Of a stretch of 12,646 nt of DNA, positions 1 to 7,504 are shown piece after piece. The stretch lies in the IMG/VR virus record IMGVR_UViG_2531839662_000020; one strand, written 5' to 3'. The position numbers and the translations under genes are program-made. The stretch comes from a virus. Lineage: Duplodnaviria; Heunggongvirae; Uroviricota; Caudoviricetes. Numbering within the stretch: the first letter of the stretch is position 1; each line of letters starts with the position of its first letter. Under the pieces are notes generated by a model. That model was not told the DNA's origin and made no database searches. It saw only the letters and a list, made by a program, of their open reading frames with translations.

Positions 1-474
1 AGTTTGCTCCTGCCATAACGTGAAGAAGCAATGACCTGGTGGTCCGTGACTTCCCTACGCTGGCATTATCCAGATCAGGTGATACGGGTATTTCTTACTG
101 ATTTTTGTTATCAGTTGATAATTAATAAGTTTTTCAGCAAACAAGAATTAAAAACTTCAAAACTGACCACACAACTGACCACACATTTTGTTGAAGCTCT
201 ACGAACAAAGACGAACAATAACAAACAAAAGGGAAATTTGCTGGCAGTTTTGCTTAACCGTTATCATTTTTCGGCTATCCGTTATCAAGCTGGTGGATGA
301 TCACGGATAACCCGTTATGGGAATCCCCATATCGGCATCATGCCCACCAGCATGAAGTATTTTTCGCGGATGTAAAAATTTGACGGGGCGGGCGGTCCCA
401 TAAGCAATGGGGGGGTAGGGATTCCGCTCCCCCCCCCTCCCGAATGCAATTTTTCTTATATATATACAAAACAG

Positions 475-629
475 TGCGGGTTATGCGGGTTAGCGGGTTA
501 TCTTCGCGTGCTAAGTATTTTTTATTCTTTAATATCAATGCGTTAAAAAATGATATGTTTGAATATTAGCCAAAACGTAACCCGCAAGACATTCAAAATA
601 ACCCGCAAATACCCCCCAAATAACCCACA
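475..629. repeat. Iteron cluster B: 3 tandem TGCGGGTTA repeats, AT-rich spacer, 3 inverted TAACCCGCA copies at about 21-bp phasing
   Basis: Direct copies at 475-483, 484-492 and 493-501. AT-rich stretch 502-577. Inverted copies at 578-586, 599-607 and 621-629 (last one degenerate, TAACCCACA). Same 9-mer as cluster A at 9086-9219. Confidence 0.7.
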
Positions 630-915
630 ACCCCATCAGGAAAATGGGGCCAGTGATGCCACCGAACGGCTGAATCTGGTAACGTTCTGTTGCCTGGTTG
701 CAGTTTGCGGGTCAGCAATACTGACGCACAAAGTTAGCCGTATGTGGCTGTGCGTCCACCAGCTACGCCGGAATGGGGTATTCCGTTTCAACGGAACAGG
801 TATGACGAATATGATCGCACCTTCTCCCGAAAACGGGTTTGCCTGTTTCGGGAAAACGGGCACATGAAGCTGCATAGACATTTTCACTATTCAGGATCTG
901 GCGGGGGAGTTTCTC

Positions 916-1050
916 AATTTCCACCGTTGGTGGAAATTAAACGAATACAGCGAGTTAGGACAAGGTGACTAATGGTCACTCTGTTGCTGCGTCACCATAT
1001 TGATGATCCAGCCCTGTAGTCGCGCCACTTTTCCACCAATGGTGGAAAAG
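916..1050. repeat. Pair of near-identical 23-bp palindromes (10-bp arms, 3-bp spacer)
   Basis: AATTTCCACC-GTT-GGTGGAAATT at 916-938 and CTTTTCCACC-AAT-GGTGGAAAAG at 1028-1050. Related dyads nearby: GTGAC-TAATG-GTCAC at 965-979 and CCCCC-AAT-GGGGG at 1073-1085. Confidence 0.6.
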
Positions 1051-1191
1051 CCCACAGCAGGCCGCCCAGCCTCCCCCAATGGGGGATTGTGGAAGAATCA
1101 ACGGGTTAGGCCTTAATCATCTGCGTAATCATAAGTAATCATAATGTTCATTCATCCAGCGCAATTTTGCGTTATCGGGAATATCAGCAAG

Positions 1192-1476
1192 TTACCGCCG
1201 CAACCGCTCCGGCTTCTTCCAGTGGTAAGTTATTTTTTCCTTCTCCCGGTACATCTCCACGCGGCGACGATATGACAACAACTCCAGAACTCTGATCCGT
1301 ATGTCGCGCATATCCACGCCGTTAAGCTCAATACCGTCACGGCGCATCACCTCAGCCACCACACGCGCGTAATTTTCGGCTATCACGCTGTCCGGCTGCG
1401 TGGCCTCCTGTTTGCCTGCTTCCTGGCTGATTCCGGTAATGCGGCGGATTATTTTTAGTAGTTCGGTTTCGCTCAC
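1192..1476 (-). CDS. Hypothetical protein, 94 aa, last gene of the packaging operon
   Basis: ORF from track with GTG start 5 nt after the large terminase stop, same strand. Arg/Glu-rich and probably helical. No family recognised. Next in-frame Met is 43 codons in. Confidence 0.45.
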   Translation of the reverse strand: MSETELLKIIRRITGISQEAGKQEATQPDSVIAENYARVVAEVMRRDGIELNGVDMRDIRIRVLELLSYRRRVEMYREKEKITYHWKKPERLRR

Positions 1477-1481
1477 TCTCG

Positions 1482-3143
1482 TTATACCCCATCAAACGCC
1501 GCAAGCCGCTCTTTGTGGCTGTCGCTCATATCGAATGCAAATTCCTCATGTTCTGCCTGGAATGTGCCAAACGCCATCAGCGCCGCAACGCTCGGGTCTA
1601 TCTTGTTGGATGATTTTTTCTTGTTCGGCTTGATATTGGCGTTCGCGTCACTCTGCATCACAACATTACTCATTGACCAGGCCAGCACCGGATCGCCACG
1701 ATGCACAATCACCTTCCGGTTAACAAAAACTTCGAACGATTTCGCCGCCGGACTGAAACGAAGGTATGTTTGCGGGAACGGCTCCACCTCAAATCCTGCC
1801 CCCTGTAGCTGCGTCCTCAGGTGCGTGGCGTTCCATGTATCGAAGCCCACCAGCCTGATATTGAAATTCTCTGCATCCGCCATGATGTCATCACGGATAC
1901 GGTCATAATCAATGCAGTCACCCGGTGTTGTGCGTATCCAGCCCGCCTTTACCCACTGGCGATAGATGGCGCGGTTTTTATTGGCGGGGTTCTGTAGCTG
2001 AAACTCCGGCAGATAGTGACGGGAAACCAGCATAATCTTTTTACCGACCGGAAAGGCATAGCACACGCTGGAAATATCGCTGGTTGATGATAAGTCCAGC
2101 CCCGCGTAGCACTCCTGCCCGTATAAATCCGCCTCCGCGAACGTTCCGGCGCACTCCGCCCATGCACCGTTACCCATCCACGGCGTGGCCCCCTGACACC
2201 AGATATTGAATCGCTTAGTGAGCATTTCCACCCACTGCGACGGAATACCCCGCGCTTTCTGGATGGTTGAGGCCAGTTTTTCACGATCGACGGAAACATC
2301 GATATTGGGATTCGCCTTTATCCACATCGCCGGATCGTCAACCTCGCTTTCATCATCCAGCTCGTAAATCAGCACGAACATGGATTCGTTCACCTCTTCA
2401 CCATCCAGTATCTGGCAGCAATAGTCGTAGTGTTGTTTACAGGCTGAAACAACGTTGCTCCCCGATGTGGTGATGGCAAATAATAACCCCTCCGGACGCG
2501 CCCCCATTCCCAGTTCAAGCGCGGAATAAACCCCGTTGTCAGGGTGCAGGTGATATTCATCCACAATGGCAAGACTCGGGTTTGTACCTTCAATGGTTGC
2601 CGCTTTTGCTGCCAGTGGCTTTAACAGGCTGTTGGTTTTCGGGTGTATCACCTTGTGTGCCTGAATATTTACCCGCTTTCGCAACGGTCGGGATAAAAGG
2701 CACATCTGACGCGCATCATCAAACACGATCCGCGCCTGATCACGACTCACGGCGGCGGTGTAAATATCCTGCTGCCCGTTTTCCATAACCAGAAACCAGT
2801 TAGCCAGGATAGCGGCGACCGTGGATTTGGCATTTTTTCGCGGCACTTCAATGAATGCGCTGGTGTATTTGCGCCGTCCGGTGGCCTTAACCTTAAAGCC
2901 CAGGATGCACGCAAAGGCGAACTGCTGCCACGGCTCCAGCTCAATGGGGCTACCGCGCATTGCGCCTTTTACGTGCGGACACACCCTGGAAAAGGCAATA
3001 AACCGCTCCACGACCTCCGGATCGAACGTGTAAAGGGGGTTTTCAAGGTCAGAAAAATACCGTTTAACGGCCTGTTTCAGTCGTTTACAGGCCGTAATTT
3101 TGCCGTTTTTTACGCCTTCTGCGTACTCATGCCAGGCGGTCAA
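1482..3143 (-). CDS. terL: Terminase large subunit (Terminase_1-like)
   Basis: 553-aa ORF with LEPWQ...F motif and P-loop-like VPRKNAKST near the N-terminus, then a nuclease-type C-terminal half. Apparent TTG start preceded by GAGGA. Overlaps the small terminase by 17 nt. Confidence 0.88.
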   Translation of the reverse strand: MTAWHEYAEGVKNGKITACKRLKQAVKRYFSDLENPLYTFDPEVVERFIAFSRVCPHVKGAMRGSPIELEPWQQFAFACILGFKVKATGRRKYTSAFIEVPRKNAKSTVAAILANWFLVMENGQQDIYTAAVSRDQARIVFDDARQMCLLSRPLRKRVNIQAHKVIHPKTNSLLKPLAAKAATIEGTNPSLAIVDEYHLHPDNGVYSALELGMGARPEGLLFAITTSGSNVVSACKQHYDYCCQILDGEEVNESMFVLIYELDDESEVDDPAMWIKANPNIDVSVDREKLASTIQKARGIPSQWVEMLTKRFNIWCQGATPWMGNGAWAECAGTFAEADLYGQECYAGLDLSSTSDISSVCYAFPVGKKIMLVSRHYLPEFQLQNPANKNRAIYRQWVKAGWIRTTPGDCIDYDRIRDDIMADAENFNIRLVGFDTWNATHLRTQLQGAGFEVEPFPQTYLRFSPAAKSFEVFVNRKVIVHRGDPVLAWSMSNVVMQSDANANIKPNKKKSSNKIDPSVAALMAFGTFQAEHEEFAFDMSDSHKERLAAFDGV

Positions 3144-3483
3144 GCTCGTCCTCTTCCTCTGTTTCCGGTGGATTTCTGCGGCGACTTACCGGGTCAAAAC
3201 CCAGCAAAGAAGCCATTTTGATCATTATTCTTTCCGCGTCAGCCTTTGCGCTCAGGGCGGGGTTTCTGCTCTCGCTGCCCTGACTGTTAACAATGCTGAA
3301 CCCGCGCGTGGCAAGGTCTTCGACGGCTTTGCGGTATATGGAGTAGTTAACGCAATATAGCTCCAGATTGCTCCAGTCGGCGGGGGTAAGGTCTTCCCGT
3401 CCGGAAAGCTGGCGCGATTTTTCCTTCCACTGCCTGACCGCGATTTCATCCAGGTAAGCGGGGGCTTTTGGTGGTCTTGCCAT
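3127..3483 (-). CDS. terS: Terminase small subunit, P27 family-like
   Basis: N-terminus MARPPKAPAYLDEIAVRQW is typical of P27-type small terminases and the length is about 118 aa. The longer track ORF (to 3624) is rejected as an N-terminal extension. Sits immediately upstream of terL. Confidence 0.75.
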   Translation of the reverse strand: MARPPKAPAYLDEIAVRQWKEKSRQLSGREDLTPADWSNLELYCVNYSIYRKAVEDLATRGFSIVNSQGSESRNPALSAKADAERIMIKMASLLGFDPVSRRRNPPETEEEDELDRLA

Positions 3484-3771
3484 GTTCTCTTTTCGCCCAA
3501 TTATTTTCAAAAAAAATCCCGTGCACAAAAATTTGAGGAGGCGGTCGGTGTCCGGCAGGGACGGTTTTGTCCTGAAAACCTCCCCCACCCCCTCTGACGG
3601 CCTCACCAGCGATTGCGAAAACATTCCATGACCTCGCGGTCACGGTCGGTTAATTGCTTCGCTGTGGTGCGTTCTGTGCGCCCTGTCCTGTTGGCTTTGT
3701 GCCCTGTCTCCTGTGTCTTCCATAAGTCACGCTGCCTTATCAGTCCACGTATCAGCCTGTTTTGCTCCTGT
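3484..3771. other. Candidate cos / terminase recognition region (HNH-TerS intergenic)
   Basis: 288-bp non-coding gap between the HNH gene and terS, the position cos occupies in HK97-like phages. Contains two 15-bp direct repeats (3676-3690 and 3698-3714), a C-rich tract at 3578-3600 and an A-tract at 3509-3530. Cut site not determinable from sequence. Confidence 0.3.
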
Positions 3772-4212
3772 TCAGTCATCATCGCCATACATCCAGTCGT
3801 TACGGTGTGCCGCCCGTTCTTCCTGCTCGCGATACATGCCCGCCTTACGGTTCGCTTTCGTGGCTGGATCTTCCCGTGTCGTCTTACGGTTGTGGCACGT
3901 CTGGCACAATGCCTGGTGATTCCACTCAGGCCAGAAGAGAACATCACCGCCGCCATTGATGGGAATGATGTGATCCACCACAAGAGCTGGCGTATAAATC
4001 CCCTTAGCCAGACAACGCACGCATAACGGGTTTTTGCTCAGGTACAGGGCGCGGTATTTGTCCCACTGTCGGGAATACCCGCGCGCGCGGCGGTGTCCCC
4101 GTCTGGCATCCTCTGCACGCCATGCAGCCCGCCTGTGCTCTTCACACTTTCCGGACTTCACGCGCTTATTACAGCCCGGCTCAGTGCAGCGCCTTAATGG
4201 TTGCCACGGCAT
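3772..4212 (-). CDS. HNH endonuclease (packaging-associated)
   Basis: 146 aa with CxxC...VDHIIP...N.Q.LC..CHNRKT HNH/zinc-finger motif. Start overlaps the connector stop (TGATG). Located just upstream of terS as in HK97-like packaging modules. Confidence 0.85.
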   Translation of the reverse strand: MPWQPLRRCTEPGCNKRVKSGKCEEHRRAAWRAEDARRGHRRARGYSRQWDKYRALYLSKNPLCVRCLAKGIYTPALVVDHIIPINGGGDVLFWPEWNHQALCQTCHNRKTTREDPATKANRKAGMYREQEERAAHRNDWMYGDDD

Positions 4213-4510
4213 CAGTACACCCCCACATCACGATAAACCGACCAGAGCGCAGAAATAGCCATAGGCAGTTCAGACTGCTCCACAGGTGAAACCGCTTCCC
4301 TGTTCTCGTACAGGAAAGCGATGTACATCAGGCAACCAACACGTATTGCCGGGGTAAATTCCAGCCCGTCTTCAAAACGTTTCCCGATATGCTTCTGGCA
4401 GGCTTCCAGCGCCGCATCGGTATACATTTTCAGAAGTTCGCCTTCTCCGGAAAAGTCATCAAGGCGAAGATGTGCCCTGACTTCATCAGGTGTAATTTTG
4501 TCTTCACTCA
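4212..4510 (-). CDS. Head-tail connector protein, gp6-like
   Basis: About 99 aa from MSEDKITPDEVRAHLRLDD, which resembles gp6-type connector N-termini. Overlaps the portal 3' end by 7 nt. The 128-aa track ORF is trimmed to this ATG. Confidence 0.65.
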
Positions 4511-5718
4511 TCTTTTTCACCTTTAATTTCCACAGTCTGCTTCCATGCCTGGCTGAACTCGTCGCCACCTTCACGCGGCGGCATTCCCTCACGCTCACGG
4601 GCTTCGTTCGGATTCATGATCCCGTTCTTAATCCCTTTCTCATACGTGGCGTAACGTTCAGTAGGTGTGGCGCGCAGTAAATCGGCTGAATCAAACTCAA
4701 CCAGATAACGGGTACCAGGTACGGGAGAAGCCACCAGCAAAGCGGCCTTGATTTGCTGTTCGAAGTTCGCCAGCCACGGACGCATTGTCATAGTCAGAAA
4801 CGCGCGGCTTGCCTCACTGAAATTGCTGTAGGTGCTGTTGCTGTATTCCTGCAGAAAAATCGGCGACACGTTGAACATCCGGGCGATGTCTTCAATGGAG
4901 AAGCGACGGGAGGCCAGCCATTCCGCATCCTGGTTACTCATCCCCAGTTGCTTGTAATCCATGCCCCCTTCAAGGATTGGCGTTTTTCCGGCATTTTTCG
5001 CCCCCTTGTAGCGTTCCAGTGCGTCTAATGCCTGTTTACCTTTCACGCCGTCCAGCCATTCGCCTGACGTGATAATCCCTGCCGCCATCATGCCATCTTT
5101 CATAATGCTGGCTCCGTGACGCTGTTGAGCAAGGCCAAGCCCCAGCGCCTCACGGCAAATCGTGATGGGGGAGCGTCCCAGAAAGCCATCATCCGAGGCA
5201 TAGCGGAGATGCAGAACTTCTTCCTGTAAATACGTGCGCACCGTTCCTGTACAGGGTTCGGTGATGGTATAGCGGTATTTGTGTGCGCCTGTGCGTTCCG
5301 GTACAACACACCCCGGCGCATAAGGATGAAGTGATTTTGGCTGACCGTCCCGCCCCCATTCAATAACCGCATAGGCGTTACCGTTCAGCAGGCAGTGACG
5401 CATCATTGTGCGTTTAAACTGGTAAGGTGTCTGGCACGAATTAGGCTGCTCATTCAGCAGAATATCTACCGGATGACTGTCCAGCCATTCCCGCGCCTCC
5501 CTGCCCTTGTCATTACGTACCAGATACAGATAACACGGCATCGTGGCCACCGCCTCAGCGATGACGGAAACCGCGTTCATCACTGCGGGCAATGATTCAG
5601 CCGTCCCGGCAGAAACATATTCTCCGGATCCGGTATTCGGTACGCCGGACAGCACCAGAAAATCATCAATGGACAGGTTACGTTGCTCGCTTTTTTTACG
5701 ACTAAAAGGCCACCACAT
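4504..5718 (-). CDS. Portal protein, HK97 family-like
   Basis: About 404 aa when started at the ATG at 5718 (MWWPFSRKK...), 1 nt after the protease stop. Size and position between protease and connector fit a portal. The upstream 73 codons of the track ORF overlap the protease gene and are rejected. Confidence 0.8.
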   Translation of the reverse strand: MWWPFSRKKSEQRNLSIDDFLVLSGVPNTGSGEYVSAGTAESLPAVMNAVSVIAEAVATMPCYLYLVRNDKGREAREWLDSHPVDILLNEQPNSCQTPYQFKRTMMRHCLLNGNAYAVIEWGRDGQPKSLHPYAPGCVVPERTGAHKYRYTITEPCTGTVRTYLQEEVLHLRYASDDGFLGRSPITICREALGLGLAQQRHGASIMKDGMMAAGIITSGEWLDGVKGKQALDALERYKGAKNAGKTPILEGGMDYKQLGMSNQDAEWLASRRFSIEDIARMFNVSPIFLQEYSNSTYSNFSEASRAFLTMTMRPWLANFEQQIKAALLVASPVPGTRYLVEFDSADLLRATPTERYATYEKGIKNGIMNPNEAREREGMPPREGGDEFSQAWKQTVEIKGEKDE

Positions 5719-5719
5719 A

Positions 5720-6280
5720 TCACAACCCCGCCAGCTCTGCCCAGCGATGACGATTATTTCCTGCCGGGCGTAATTCAGGGTGCTGTGCAAACAACGAACG
5801 GTGGGCAATCTCCACGCCAGATTCGGGATAAGCAGGCATCGACGTGATCGTGATTTCCCTGAGTTCTGCAGCGGTAACAGTACGCAGATACGGTTTTTGC
5901 GCGATATTCCACTCTTCGCATAATGCGCGAAAGCCAAAGCTCATCCCTGTAATGTCGCCACGCTCCACCAGCGTAAGCACATCTTTTCCAAGCTGGGTAT
6001 CAGGCGGTGTCAGTTCAAAACGTAGCCCGGTGTTGTCCTCAGTCAGTACCAGAGTGCCGGATTTGGTGCGCCCCAGCAGTTGGGTATAGTCATGCTCATA
6101 CAGGCAGCGCACATCATTACCCGCCGCCAGATAGTCAGCAAAAGCCCCCGGCGTGAACTGTTCGCGGAATTCGTCCCAGATAATTTCTGAAAGGCTGTTC
6201 CAGCGAACGGCATACCCCACCAGCTTTTTATTGCTGGCGGTCAGTTCAGATGTGCGGATTTCAAAATCGGTGTTTTTCAT
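5720..6280 (-). CDS. Prohead protease, HK97 family (S78-like)
   Basis: 186 aa with GGAG RBS 8 nt upstream of ATG. Sits between capsid and portal. Family recognised by eye from overall sequence and size. Confidence 0.8.
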   Translation of the reverse strand: MKNTDFEIRTSELTASNKKLVGYAVRWNSLSEIIWDEFREQFTPGAFADYLAAGNDVRCLYEHDYTQLLGRTKSGTLVLTEDNTGLRFELTPPDTQLGKDVLTLVERGDITGMSFGFRALCEEWNIAQKPYLRTVTAAELREITITSMPAYPESGVEIAHRSLFAQHPELRPAGNNRHRWAELAGL

Positions 6281-6296
6281 CGGTGTACTCCATAAA

Positions 6297-6322
6297 GCTG
6301 AAAAAGGAGGCCGCAGCCTCCT
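6297..6322 (-). terminator. Intrinsic terminator-like hairpin between capsid and protease genes (possible attenuator)
   Basis: On the minus-strand transcript: 7-bp GC-rich stem AGGAGGC / GCCUCCU (6305-6311 with 6316-6322), 4-nt loop, followed by UUUUU (6300-6304). Lies directly after the capsid stop at 6335. Confidence 0.4.
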
Positions 6323-6334
6323 CCTTACTCATGA

Positions 6335-7504
6335 CTAGCCAGCTTTCATTTCCAGAATTTTGATGGCGTTTGAATCCACCACACCACCGCCCAGATATTT
6401 ATCCGTGTGGACCTTGTAGAATCCGGGTTCAGTAATGTTGTCCGGTCGGGTGCGAATCCCTGTTACATGATCAACGATGAAATAACCACGACTGAAATCG
6501 CCAACCGCTAGCGGTGCTTTTCCTGCGCCGATGTCCGGCATGGACTCCAGGCAGAAAACAGGACGACCAAGCAACATATCCGGCGCACCTTCTTTAAGGC
6601 TGTCGCGCCAGATATAATCGCCATTCTCATTTTTCAGCTTCTGTAGTGTCCCTGCCGTGCCCGAGTTCATCACCCAGACGGCATTTTTGCGGTATTTCGC
6701 TTTCAGCTTGTAGAGAATGTCGATCAGTTCGTCCGCTGTAATGGCGGTTCCACTTGCCGCTACCACTTTTTCAATGGTGCCAAAAGCGCGGGTTTTGTCA
6801 CTGGTCGCCGCACGGGTGTAAGCCATGAAGCCTTTCGGCTTGCCGTTACCGTCGCCATTAACAAAATCATCCTCTTCGGTGCTGGCGAACGTGTCGGCAA
6901 TTTCGGAGGATAACCAGCCCAAAATATCCACCTCTGAAAAATCCAGGATTTCCTGCGTGGTTTTCGGGTAGGCGTAGATCTGATTCAGCTTGATGGTTAC
7001 ACGTTCAATTTTCGGGGTGTTGGTTTCACTACGTGCGCTGCCTTCTGTGCCTCGTCCTACAGTTGCGCCGCCAGTGGAAACCAGTTTCTGAAACTCATTT
7101 GATTTTGCGGTCTTCACGGTCGCGATCACGCGCATAACACTGTCATCCTGTAGCTGGCGCATGACTTCGCGATCAAGCTCAGGAATTACGGTATATCCGC
7201 CATCCCTGCCGCTGTCAGTGCTGGTGGACAGTGATCGCACATCTCCGGTTACGATGTAGTTACGCAATTCATCAGATGATAATTTCTGGATGCCCGTTCC
7301 TGGCTTGCTGCGTTCTTCATCAGCCACAGACTCGAGGCGGTAAATTTCTGTGTCGAGGGAATCGGCTTTTGCACGCAGTTCATCAAACTGTTTGCCCTCG
7401 TCATCGTTCAGGCTGCGGTTTTCACTGTCGGCTTTTTCCAGCAGGGATCGCATCTGGTTTTTCAGGGCGGTTTTTTGCTGGCGGAGTTCGATTAATTTCT
7501 TCAT
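6335..7504 (-). CDS. Major capsid protein, HK97 fold, with N-terminal delta/scaffold domain
   Basis: 389 aa. N-terminal about 100 aa is charged and coiled-coil-like (delta domain), followed by an HK97-like MCP body. First gene after the candidate late promoter. Confidence 0.85.
   Translation of the reverse strand: MKKLIELRQQKTALKNQMRSLLEKADSENRSLNDDEGKQFDELRAKADSLDTEIYRLESVADEERSKPGTGIQKLSSDELRNYIVTGDVRSLSTSTDSGRDGGYTVIPELDREVMRQLQDDSVMRVIATVKTAKSNEFQKLVSTGGATVGRGTEGSARSETNTPKIERVTIKLNQIYAYPKTTQEILDFSEVDILGWLSSEIADTFASTEEDDFVNGDGNGKPKGFMAYTRAATSDKTRAFGTIEKVVAASGTAITADELIDILYKLKAKYRKNAVWVMNSGTAGTLQKLKNENGDYIWRDSLKEGAPDMLLGRPVFCLESMPDIGAGKAPLAVGDFSRGYFIVDHVTGIRTRPDNITEPGFYKVHTDKYLGGGVVDSNAIKILEMKAG

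Noticed and set aside
475-629. CRISPR array as an explanation for the GCGGGTTAT repeats (also 9086-9219)
   Set aside because: Repeat unit is only 9 bp. Copies are tandem or phased at 11-21 bp with no uniform unique spacers, and occur in both orientations around AT-rich DNA. This is iteron/origin architecture, not CRISPR.
31-968. Track ORFs 31-300(+), 338-538(-), 550-867(+), 636-887(-), 744-968(+)
   Set aside because: No credible RBS, implausible composition, mutually overlapping, and sitting on iterons, palindromes and hairpins. Region treated as non-coding.
916-1050. The 23-bp palindromes as bidirectional intrinsic terminators
   Set aside because: Neither strand has a U-run following the stems. 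More consistent with protein-binding dyads.
1-1190. tRNA or tmRNA 3' end marking an attachment site
   Set aside because: No acceptor/T-arm-like sequence (GGTTCGAATCC-type) or cloverleaf found by eye. Island boundary is left undetermined.
1482-3143. Internal ATG (Met62) as the large terminase start instead of TTG at 3143
   Set aside because: It would remove the conserved N-terminal region and place LEPWQ only about 7 residues from the start. TTG at 3143 has a GAGGA RBS at good spacing. Start remains somewhat uncertain.
1400-3360. Alternative-frame ORFs within or antisense to the terminase genes (for example 1513-1908, 1949-2299, 2973-3221, 3100-3360)
   Set aside because: Overlap the confidently assigned terL and terS frames. 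No independent support.
3484-3624. N-terminal extension of the small terminase ORF (track start at 3624)
   Set aside because: P27-type TerS proteins begin near MARPPK and are about 120 aa. The extension would occupy the intergenic region where cos signals are expected.
3603-4026. ORFs 3603-3983(-), 3613-4026(+), 3713-3919(+), 3762-3959(+) overlapping the HNH gene and the cos-candidate region
   Set aside because: Shadow or alternative-frame ORFs. The HNH frame carries a clear catalytic motif. The others are Arg/Cys/Ser-rich with no RBS.
5719-5937. N-terminal extension of the portal ORF (track start at 5937)
   Set aside because: It would overlap the prohead protease gene by about 220 nt in another frame. 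The ATG at 5718 immediately follows the protease stop and gives a typical portal length.
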